Positions 52,756-62,989 of a DNA stretch of 62,989 nt are shown in pieces (the first letter of the stretch is position 1; every line of letters begins with the position of its first letter). The DNA is taken from contig JARFYF010000058.1 of the NCBI GenBank assembly GCA_030265395.1, forward strand, positions 5,626,655 through 5,689,643, given 5' to 3'. The stretch comes from Rhina ancylostomus (Eukaryota). The position numbers and the translations under genes were made by a program. The notes under the pieces were generated by a model that saw only the letters and a program-made list of their open reading frames with translations, was not told the DNA's origin and did no database searches.

Positions 52756-53859
52756 CAAAAACTATCTGGAGTTTTCATACCTTGGCCATGAGGAGGGATT
52801 GTCTTGGATCAAGTTCTGAAAGAGCATTTTCGGTTTTAGACGACAAACTGTAAGGAAGTCAGGAAAGAGCAAACCCGCCAGCTCCTTGTAATAATCTCTG
52901 CATGAGTCCTCAATACAAAGTTAGGAATTCAAGTGAGAGTAGGTTGGGCAAATCCGTTGGATCCGAGAATCTGACAAGGACAGGGCCTCGCTGTTCACAT
53001 GAATTCCAGGCGTGCAGACATTCCTATTCCTGATTGAAAATGTTTAATTCTGGCGTTTTCACGTGATGTCGTTCAGTTATTATTATCTGATTAGTCTTCC
53101 TTATCGAGACGAAAACTAAAATAATGAATCGCGAATTAATATTTAGAACAATGCCCTATGACTGGAATGATAAGCTACATTTCCAATAATCCTGCAGCTA
53201 ATTGAGCGATTATATTTGTTTTTGCCTTCGCTGGTTCCATTGTACCGATTCTAGATATTACAAGTAGATGGTTTCCACTTCCAATGAGCTGTTGACGTTG
53301 ATGCATATCTTGGAGCTGGACCGATTTTGGTCCTCGACTCATTCTCGGGGTCTGGTGGTCACTGGCAAAGCCAACGTTTGTTTCGCGTTCTAACTGTCCT
53401 TGAGATGGTAGTTATGGGCCCCTTTTATGGACCGCTGTAGTCCTTGTGATGAAGGTGTTCCCGCAATTACTCATTGATATGGATACAATTATTTTTCCGT
53501 TTTCATTAACGTTAAGGTTGTGCAGCGTTGCAGAGCAGTCAGACAACCCACAATTAAAATACCATTTGGACCTGCGGGAATCAATTTAATCTCAAAACAC
53601 ATCTGAAATATTATATTCAGAGCACAATACGTGCCAATGAAACTTTATCCATCGCTTACCTGTTGACTTATTACCTCCTGTCACCTCCTGCTTCTCATTT
53701 ACAACCTACCCCTACTCAACACCGTCCAATAACACTTCTGTTTTCCCGTGTATGCGGACGGTTTAGTTCAACCTCACCATTGACCCTCTACGCGTTTTCG
53801 CTCAGACGTCAAACGATTTATCCATAATTGATGAGCTGAAATTTCCGCCAACTAAATAT

Positions 53860-54660
53860 TCCAAGGAATAAAGGAAATAGGCCGTGGCATCCATTCAGAT
53901 TATGTCCATATCTCCACCTGGCCCTTATGCCATTTCATTCAAGAGTCCAAAGATTTTTCGATCTCAGCATTTAATATGCACATTATACCGGGTTGTAGAA
54001 TTCTTCACATTTGCATCCCATTGAGTAAAAGAAAAATATCCGGATCTCAGTTAACAGCTTCCTATTCTAAGACCATGTTCCAAGGTTAGTTCTGAACTCT
54101 TCAACATCCATTCCCTTAATCCCCCCTCAGAACCTTACCAGTTTCAATGAGGTCACCTTTCATTCACCCGAACACTAGTGGGGACGGGTCATTGTTAGTC
54201 AGCTTCTCCCTAAAGTACAACTTCCTTGTCCCGGGGACCACCTTCATGAATCTCAGCTGCACCATCTACAATGTAATTGTTTTTTCAAACAGAAGTGGAG
54301 ACCAACACCTCACATAGGATTCCAGGTTTGATCTCACCAATGCCCTGCACAACTACATCATTCTTCAATTGTCTTGCATTTTAAACAAAGATCAACGTAG
54401 AAATTGCTCTTGATTTAGCCGCATAAGAATTTACCATTTTTCATGAACCAGCCCTCTGCAATTTATATATGTACTAACTTAACCTAGCTCTATCACTTGC
54501 CAGATACTGTATCCTTCTTATAGTTCACTTAACCAGTTGATTTAGTATCATCAGTAAACTTAGATATATTATACTTTGTACTATCATCCAATACCTTACC
54601 AATGACTTTATGTAGCCGATACTTCAATTCTCAACCACTTAGCACCCCTTTCATAACATT
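53860..54660 (-). mobile_element. CR1-type LINE fragment with RT remnant
   Basis: Minus strand gives KFTDDT (decayed KFADDT catalytic motif) near 54544-54561 and an ALVRSNLE remnant near 54320-54345. Confidence 0.6.
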
Positions 54661-54669
54661 CTGATATCT

Positions 54670-55150
54670 AAAGATGTGAAGTTGTTCACTTTGGAAGGGA
54701 ATGTGAAAAGTATTCTAATTGAAAAAGAGAAAGATTTGCAGAACAATGGGGGTTTAGGGTCTTCATATATGAAACACAGGAAGCTGGTATACAGTGCGGC
54801 AAGTAATCAGGAAGGCTAATGGAATGGTAACTTTTATTTCAAGGGCGTTGGAGTATAAAAGTAGGAAGAATTACTGCAATTATGCAAGGCACCAATGAGA
54901 CCACATCCAGAGTACTGTGAGGCAGTGTCAATCCTCTGACTTAAGGGAAGGTATATTATAATTGAAGAAGGTTCAGAGAAGGTTGATTTCAAGCATGGGG
55001 GAATTATCTAATGAGGAAAGGGTAAGAAAATTGGATCTGTATACAATGAAATTTAGAAGAATGAACGGCGATTTTATTGAAACATTCAAGTTTCTTAAGG
55101 GGCAGAACAAAGTAAATGCTTGGAGGATATCTACTCTCATGGAAAAGAGT
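54670..55150 (+). mobile_element. CR1-type LINE ORF2 fragment
   Basis: CEVVHFG...RKANGM...RPHPEYC...KKVQRRL...RRMNGDFIETFKFLKG. Confidence 0.8.
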
Positions 55151-55289
55151 TGGGCCTGTTCTTATTTCTTGTGGTTTTATGCTCTTAAATATCTAAAATA
55201 TTGTCCAGATCCATTACACTTTATTTGATAGAACTAAAATCACAGAGATTGATTTCTGTCACAGACTCCATTCCCGAACAACTGACGAA

Positions 55290-55890
55290 ATCCCTCACCA
55301 CAGAGTTGGTGTCATATTTGACCCCAACTTATGTTTCTAACCGTCTATCCAACTTATTCCTAACAGCACTTATTTGACATCACCGGACTTGGTATTTGGT
55401 CATTGTTCTATTATTATCGCACGTAGCGAGATACACTGAAAAGCTTTGTCTGCATGCCAGCCAATAAGATTATTCCATGCATCAGCACATCGATTGTGCC
55501 TTGACTTAATTCATCTGCTGCCAAAACTTCCACCTACACCTTTGATACCTCCACACCCGATCATTTCAATATTCTTCCCAGATTCTACCCTCCATAAACT
55601 TGTTATCCAAAACTCTGATGTCAGTGTCAAAATCCCATCACTGCTGTTCAGATTTCGCCGCTGCACTTACTGACCAGCACGCTATTTTATTTGAACTATG
55701 TTTCAATCGTAAAATGTTCGTCCTTATTTTTAAATGTCTCCACGTTGCCTCCCCTCTCTATCGTTGCAGTATCGTCCAGTGTCACAAATGTTTAAAATAT
55801 CTGGACCCTTCGCATTTTTAATTATTGCTTGATTATGTCTAATTTGAATTGACATCATTGCTACGGCTGTCAAGGCCCAAAGTTCCAAAT
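55290..55890 (+). mobile_element. L2-type LINE remnant
   Basis: gttggtgtcatatttgacccc (GVIFDP), ttatccaaaactctgatg, and a cccatcactgctg...tttaaatgtctccacg run resembling the L2 ORF2 end. Confidence 0.45.
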
Positions 55891-57590
55891 TTANNNNNNN
55901 NNNNNNNNNNNNNNNNNNNNNNNNNNNNNNNNNNNNNNNNNNNNNNNNNNNNNNNNNNNNNNNNNNNNNNNNNNNNNNNNNNNNNNNNNNNNNNNNNNNN
56001 NNNNNNNNNNNNNNNNNNNNNNNNNNNNNNNNNNNNNNNNNNNNNNNNNNNNNNNNNNNNNNNNNNNNNNNNNNNNNNNNNNNNNNNNNNNNNNNNNNNN
56101 NNNNNNNNNNNNNNNNNNNNNNNNNNNNNNNNNNNNNNNNNNNNNNNNNNNNNNNNNNNNNNNNNNNNNNNNNNNNNNNNNNNNNNNNNNNNNNNNNNNN
56201 NNNNNNNNNNNNNNNNNNNNNNNNNNNNNNNNNNNNNNNNNNNNNNNNNNNNNNNNNNNNNNNNNNNNNNNNNNNNNNNNNNNNNNNNNNNNNNNNNNNN
56301 NNNNNNNNNNNNNNNNNNNNNNNNNNNNNNNNNNNNNNNNNNNNNNNNNNNNNNNNNNNNNNNNNNNNNNNNNNNNNNNNNNNNNNNNNNNNNNNNNNNN
56401 NNNNNNNNNNNNNNNNNNNNNNNNNNNNNNNNNNNNNNNNNNNNNNNNNNNNNNNNNNNNNNNNNNNNNNNNNNNNNNNNNNNNNNNNNNNNNNNNNNNN
56501 NNNNNNNNNNNNNNNNNNNNNNNNNNNNNNNNNNNNNNNNNNNNNNNNNNNNNNNNNNNNNNNNNNNNNNNNNNNNNNNNNNNNNNNNNNNNNNNNTCTA
56601 AATACCTAGGCAGTGCAAGTGACGAAAGGAGTTGATACAACTCCCGTGTTACAAAAAAAATGGTTCAGAAGCACAATATTGGGCTAAGGATTAGATACTT
56701 CCTCTGGTGTGCCTTCCTGGACGCACTGTCTATGCCCGAAGCGTCTATTTGCCCGAAGCTACAAATCAATTTTGAAAAAGACCTAAATACTGGTATCTGC
56801 AGCTGGGGAGGATACAATGAACACCAGCTCCCAATCTGACAAATAATTTCCATCCATAACAGTTATCTTAGCCAAACATAATAGTTTACGCAATAACAAG
56901 GTCAGCTGAAACGTACAAAACTTAGCATGTTAAAATGTTCCTAAATAATTCGCTTTTCCAAATGCTTTACAAATAAATTATTTAAAGTTCTTTTTTCAAA
57001 TACCGAACACTATCAATACTCTAATATATTGTAAATGACTGAAACCAATATATATTGGAAGCTCTTGATTCCATACGAGACCTGCAAATGCTCCCACAAT
57101 ATATGTCACCGTGTTTCTAAAGTTTCAAACTTACCGTGAACTAAGGGCTTTCTCTTGTTCTAATCTACATATTTAAAAAAAACAATTTTAAGGAATGATC
57201 GTTTGAATTTTAATACAAACGTGTAATGCTGATCTTGTTTCCCTGTAGATTTGTGGTGAATATCTGGTGACATCTTAATAGCCTCGATAGTCACGGGACA
57301 TTTGACTGGCTTGGTTAAGCGAACAGTCTTGCCCCAGTGGGACTTGTAGAGCGGAGCTTGCAAATTCAAACTATTTTAACGGTCGGGCGAAAACTAGCGG
57401 TGTTAAAATCATTGAAAAGGACTTTCAGGTACTGACTTGGGTTATAGAATTAGCCCCTGTTTCAAACTGCAGGTATTTCTTCTCAAATAGACCAATCTCA
57501 TTTCATCAATTAGAGAATATGGTTTTGAGAATGTCGTCTTTACTGGCGAAATGTGGCGTTAACAGTGAAAAACCCTCCACGATTATTTTC

Positions 57591-57628
57591 CATTCCTGAT
57601 GAAGGGTCTCGACCCGAAACGTCGACTG
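57591..57628 (+). ncRNA. Minimal type I hammerhead ribozyme motif (Penelope pLTR type)
   Basis: cattc-CTGATGA-a-GGGTC-tc-GACCC-GAAA-CG-TC-gactg: complete catalytic core, 5-bp stem II, stem I with 4 of 5 pairs, palindromic ACGU mini stem III, predicted GUC cleavage after 57623. Confidence 0.75.
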
Positions 57629-57723
57629 TCCATTTCCCTCCACAGAAGCAGTCTGACCCATTGAGTTCCTCCAGCATTTTATGTGTTGCTCCAGATTCCA
57701 GCATCTGAAGTGTCTCTCGTGTC
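57591..57723 (+). mobile_element. Penelope-like terminal (pLTR-derived) repeat, best-preserved copy
   Basis: Hammerhead motif followed by ...ccacagaagcagtctgacccattgagttcctccagcattttatgtgttgctccagattccagcatctg; homologous to copies at 4770 and 49038. Confidence 0.65.
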
Positions 57724-58699
57724 ACGATTATTTTCATTATTTTCGCTAATTTCAGATTATGAAATGGTTCCAATATAAGAAAAGGCCGCAAATCCTAGCT
57801 GTAGGCAGCATCATCAATTATCTGTAGAGTCATGTCTGGCGGAGTTGCCAGGGAATGCAGTCGGAACAGCTGTTAACTGAATGACCCGCCTTTGGAAAGA
57901 GTGAATCTAATTACTAAATATCCCCACAAGTAATCTGAACTCACGTCATCAGTTTTGGATGCATGAATCATTACATTAGGCGTATTGTTAAACCCGTTGT
58001 TCCAGCGGAGTTGACAACTAGTTCACGTACAACCTCTCAAAGTCTCCACGGTTCAAATGTCTCCAGTCTTTGATTCTCGGATATTCTACTTTTTGTGAAA
58101 CTTCATGCTTCCCTCATGACAGAGATGAGAGCATCCCGGCAGAAAGCAGAAATTAAACCATGGGGCATATTTTAAACAAAAGACTAATTCACAGTGGAAG
58201 CCCCAAGATCAACTCTTTCTGCTGACTTGCCTTTCACACGGACTGCCGCCGATGTTGNNNNNNNNNNNNNNNNNNNNNNNNNNNNNNNNNNNNNNNNNNN
58301 NNNNNNNATGATAAAAATCGGCTCGGGTGCTTCAAACCGTTTATTCCACAGCGCAAAGCAGATCAAAGGAATCAGGGGCGAAGATAACTTGGGGAAGAAA
58401 ATCACTGAGTTCCCGTTTCGGAGCTTCTCTGCGGGATGAGGTGAGAAGTGAGAGCGGGTAATTGGACAGGGGATGGACAGCTTCAATGCTTTCTGGCTTA
58501 TATCTTCACGGGGAAATGCACCTACAAACCCTGAGCCTAATGTCTCCACAGTGAGGTAATTTAGATACAATGCTAACCGTGTTTATGGTAAATTGCATTT
58601 GATCTTCGAAAGCTGAAATATCTGATGGAATTGACTCTTCCCCCATTTAATCCTTCGTCGTCTAACCCCAGCAATTCTCTACCCAGCAGCACAGAGGCA

Positions 58700-58815
58700 G
58701 CATCTTCACCAGAAGGACTGCAGCAGTTCAAGAAGGTGACTCACCACCGTCTCCTTGGTGGGGGAGATAAGGACGGGCAATAAGTGACGACTGAGCCGGT
58801 GACGATCACATCCTC
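58700..58815 (+). mobile_element. LINE 3' tail fragment (reverse copy near 53335-53462)
   Basis: ggactgcagcagttcaagaaggtgactcaccacc...gggcaataa...cacatcc. Confidence 0.55.
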
Positions 58816-59129
58816 TAACAGAATANNNNNNNNNNNNNNNNNNNNNNNNNNNNNNNNNNNNNNNNNNNNNNNNNNNNNNNNNNNNNNNNNNNNNNNNNNN
58901 NNNNNNNNNNNNNNNNNNNNNNNNNTTCACAATCGCGAGGAATGATTGAGTATTCATCAAATGAGATCATAAGCAGTTGTTTAATTATTATATTTGTTTT
59001 CATGATCATTTAAGAATCCAGGAAAGTTTGTGTCATGGGGCCATATCTCCAAGGAAGAGCATTTTGCTGAGATTTCTGCAACCTTCATTGAAGAGTTGAA
59101 GCCCTCTCGAGTAATCAAACTCTTACGCC

Positions 59130-59470
59130 GCGAGTGGTTCTAATCTGAAACTGACAGCCTGTGCGGGTGGCGGAAATAGAATCAATTAGAACCATCAAAG
59201 GGGAATTGAACAGGTAACTGAGAGTGAATATTCTGCTGGGCTGTTGGAATCCAGCGGACATTGACACTGACCAAACTGCTTTACTAGCACGCGACTCGGG
59301 GACTAGACGGGTCGAATGGCCTACGTCCGTGCCGTGGCAATTCTTTGATTTCATGAGATTCTTTGCTGATGGGAACGGTTGAGATGAATAGGATAATGCA
59401 CAGGTGTTTACGGGACGTACATGAAGGAGAACGGATTGGAAGGTTTCGTTGATGGGGTTAGACTTAGGAA
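59130..59470 (+). mobile_element. CR1-type LINE 3' fragments
   Basis: aaaggggaattgaacaggta...gacgggtcgaatggcctacgtccgtgccgt...; atgaaggagaacggattggaaggtttcgttgatggggttaga. Confidence 0.55.
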
Positions 59471-60704
59471 AGTCGAAGAAGGCTCCTGTGCATTTGCCAA
59501 ATACCAAGTAACGTTGTTGCTTATGTTTAATAATAGTTTGGAGTATCGACAGACCGACGTTCTTGGGGAAGGACAGAATCCAAACCGATCAAGTTTCGGG
59601 ATTACCTGAACCATCGATAAGGCTTTACTGGTGACTGGACTCAACCAAGCTCCCACCGCAATACTACAGATCCATTCAGGCGAATCTCCCTGTTCCGGCA
59701 CTAACTCCATTACTACCCTCGTAAAGTCCAACTCAACCGGGATATTAACGCCAGCTATTGCCACTACAAATGAAGAGAACTAGATCCATGCTCGCGGCGA
59801 ATTCTCAAAACCAAGAGCATATTTTCCAGCAGAGTATCTCATTGCTCTTTGCGGGATCTTGCTGTGTACAATGTAGACACCTCTTTCAACCGTAGAACGG
59901 AACGTCCTTGACTGTTAGGCTCTCTGAGCCATCCCAGGGAAGTGAAGGGTTACAGAGAAATACAGGTTCTTTCTTATTAAATCTATCCCATTCTCCAATA
60001 TCCTGCCGTATCTCGTTCACACATTATTCACTAAAACTCCCCCTTGGCTTTCGGTAATAGATGCACGTCCTATAGAGAAAAGCCACAATACAATGGAACC
60101 TCACAGGCTTCGAATTTATTTTTGGTCAAATGATCCTCCAAATAAGCAATTATGTTTTCTAAAAACAAATTCACCATTCAATAAATTAGCAAAATATCCC
60201 CTGAAGATTTTAGTTTCGGATTCTTGCAAAGTTTCAATTTACATATTCCGGAAAAATTCCAATGTTTCAGGGCGATTTTCTGCTTTATTGCACGAGACAG
60301 ATAATCTTTCCTTGAACGCGGAGCGATTAGTTACAATGGTTTTCAGCTAAATCCACATTATAAACAGGGATGAAGGGAAGGATCGGGTTTGGCAAACTCC
60401 ATAAAATGGCATTAAACCCGAAACGTTGATTTCCCTTTAATTGTGGCGTGGTTAATTTACAGTACAGGAACTGCTTCTACCCGCTGGCATGTCCGTAACT
60501 GGAGGATACAAACGTAGTTCGTTGTAAGGCATCTGGCATAGATGTAAACATTGAAAGAAGACAAGGTGATGGAGTGGTGGAGTTGGGATGGAAGATGAGC
60601 AGATTTTAAAACAGTCCTTTATAATCTTGAATGCAATGCCAGAACTAGTGATGGAGGTAGATTCAATGGCATCATTCATAAATAAGTTGGATATTTACGT
60701 AGAA

Positions 60705-61010
60705 AGATCACAAGATCACAAGATAAGGGAACAGAAGAAGACCATTCGGCCCATCGAGCCTGCTCCATGGAAATGGAAATGAGAGGGAGAAGTGGCGGGT
60801 GGGGGGGGGGGNNNNNNNNNNNNNNNNNNNNNNNNNNNNNNNNNNNNNNNNNNNNNNNNNNNNNNNNNNNNNNNNNNNNNNNNNNNNNNNNNNNNNNNNN
60901 NNNNNNNNNNNAACACTCTCCATCAACAGCACATCCTTCCTAAGAAAAGTGGCCCAGAACTGCACACAATATTCCAAATGAGGCCTCAACAGTGCCCCAT
61001 AGAGCTTCAT
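60705..61010 (-). mobile_element. CR1-type LINE fragment spanning a gap (another tail near 61495-61670)
   Basis: [31 protein letters not shown]; tail gaccattcggcccatcgagcctgctcc. Confidence 0.85.
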
Positions 61011-61241
61011 CAATACAATCAAGAAAGTGAAGTATAAGGGTGCGGGGAAAGAGCAGGCAAGTATGACCAAGAAGGTAGCTGCTTCAAACAATCAGCATTG
61101 ACAGGGTGGACAATGTAATCTATTTCTGTGCTGTGCGATTCAATGATTACAGGAGTCACTGGGCATTAACAATAAAACAGGCAGCGAGGTTCACTTTGAT
61201 GCACTTGGGTCGTGGTTACTCTGCCCTCCCCCGACCCTTTC

Positions 61242-61295
61242 GTGAGGGGGCCGGGAGTGAGGGGACAGGGAGTGAGGGGGCCGGGAGTGAGTGGG
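61242..61295. repeat. 15-bp G-rich tandem repeat, about 3.5 copies
   Basis: GTGAGGGGGCCGGGA / GTGAGGGGACAGGGA / GTGAGGGGGCCGGGA / GTGAGTGGG. Confidence 0.85.
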
Positions 61296-61390
61296 CAGCT
61301 CCAGATAGGCTCCCTAAGTCACTTCATGGGAAGAAATATAACCACACACACTGAACGTCCCTTGCAGGCTAAGGAATAGGTAATGGTATG

Positions 61391-61490
61391 AAAGTTCTGA
61401 TAACAAGCTATTGACCTGAAGCATTAACTTTGTTTCTCTCTCCACAGATTCTGTCTGATCTGCTGAGTATTTCTGCCATCTTGTGCTTTA
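61391..61490 (+). mobile_element. Penelope-like terminal repeat, degenerate hammerhead
   Basis: aaagtt-ctgataa...gacct-gaagcatt-aacttt followed by gtttctctctccacagattctgtctgatctgctgagtattt. Confidence 0.5.
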
Positions 61491-62989
61491 AACCATTGAA
61501 CACAGAACATAGAACACGGCAGCACAGTACAGGCCCTTCGGCCCACAACGTGGTGCCGACATTNNNNNNNNNNNNNNNNNNNNNNNNNNNNNNNNNNNNN
61601 NNCCCATCTTTCTATCGTTCATGTATTTATCTACGAGTCTCTTAAATGTCCCTTTCCAACCGATTTCCAATATCCACTGGGCTCTCTTTCAAATTAGAGT
61701 GGAGATGTGTGGACAAGTTACAGCATAATTTCCTTTAATTCTGTTTTCTTAGTGTGCACCACATCAGTACAATATCCAATGCAAACTGACAACAATGCGC
61801 TGCGAATTGTCGTGAACTAACAAACCAGCAGGCCAGTGTAAGTGGGTCTCACAACGCTTGTGCAGACATAAAGACAGCTCACGCCGGCAGATCACTTGAT
61901 AAGGCCCACAGCATGGGTTCCATCATGTGGTATATCACTTGGGGGCTGGAGCACTGGTTACGTNNNNNNNNNNNNGCCTCTGCAGTTTTTTTTTGCGTGC
62001 TGTAACTTTGGTCATCTAATGGTAAGCTTTTATTTACAGCGGTAGAGGTCGGAATTGGGAGGCTCACGTTAATTTTAGTGGAGGTGACAAAATATTCTGC
62101 ACTGAGAGAGTGAAAACCCCCTTCCTATTCCACGTTAACTCTCAGTTCAGAATTTGAGACTTTCCGGAAGACCACGAATAAATAACAGGAGGATGCAGTG
62201 GAGGCTGGGGGAGTGATTGCGGGGTAAGATCCCCTCTTCATAAGAGTTTCAATTAATATTAAAATCAAATTGTTCAATGGAGAATGCGAAACCATCAATA
62301 GCAGTGCATGCACCTTATTTATTAGATTATATTTTCCAACTAGTTAAGAAATACATTATACAAATGATTCTTTTTGTGTGCACACAACTATGTTAGTTCG
62401 TCTTTTATTGACAAGCATCAAGTAACCAAGCTGACAGGCTGAACGATTGTTGTTTGTGTTCAGCACTTAGAGTAAATGAGATGGATGACTTGTAATGAAA
62501 TGATCTGTACATTTATTTTACAAACTGCAGGCATTTTGAGGTATGGTGGTGGGTCCAGTAATATTCACCAAGACAGCCATAATGACGATTCATGATGCAG
62601 CACGTAGCAAAATGCCTGATGCGTGAACAGGGCATTGAAACTGCGTGACATTCAAATAGACGAGCATGGCCAGATCGCTGTTAACATAACGCATTTACAT
62701 TGAGAACGTATGAAGCTGAATGAAACATTTTCAGAACGCCAGCACACAGTTTGTATTGAATCATATCAACAACGTCTCAAATACAATATGAACAAAAGAC
62801 TGGAGATTGGAGGGCGAATTTTACTCCAAATGTAATGTTGCAGTGATATTCCAGCTGAGATTCCGATTAAACTATCTAGCCGCCAATGTATGTGAATGTT
62901 CTAATTCTAGTGGGGTGGGGAACCCCGAGAAATATTCGAGCATTTGAACCTGCCCCCCCCCCCCACTCCTATTCAATCCGCGCATCAAG

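Noticed and set aside
55849-56640. 250-aa ORFs (also 39770-40237 and 49191-49601)
   Set aside because: Composed mostly of N gap.
57238-57258. ccctgtagatttgtgg resembling miR-10
   Set aside because: Does not match the mature sequence and has no hairpin partner arm.
59115-59764. 130-aa and 118-aa minus-strand ORFs
   Set aside because: Overlap antisense CR1 tail remnants, have non-ATG starts and show no recognisable domain.

Overview
Vertebrate genomic DNA from a gapped short-read scaffold. The repeat content (CR1, Rex/Babar-like and L2 LINE fragments, V-domain/HE1-like and Deu-domain SINEs, Penelope-type terminal fragments) points to a cartilaginous fish (shark or ray). One protein-coding gene is supported: a Polycomb group RING finger gene on the minus strand, 9 coding exons from 25362 to 11381, all GT-AG, 969 nt, 322 aa. 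It is best called PCGF2/MEL-18, although it keeps many BMI1-like residues. Its CpG-island promoter and non-coding first exon lie near 34.0-34.65 kb and a likely poly(A) signal is at 9465-9470. I recognised no other coding exons. Most interesting signals: (1) a dispersed repeat family carrying minimal hammerhead ribozyme motifs, one copy near-intact at 57591-57628, with stem I covariation between subfamilies and inverted-pair arrangements; (2) a YY1/uAUG leader element resembling my recollection of the human BMI1 5'UTR, opening a long uORF with a transmembrane-like segment whose frame relative to PCGF2 depends on a (TC)n microsatellite; (3) a long AT-rich but CpG-retaining domain suggesting a methylation valley; (4) candidate flanking non-coding transcription units. 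Comparisons with human sequences are from memory and repeat boundaries are approximate.
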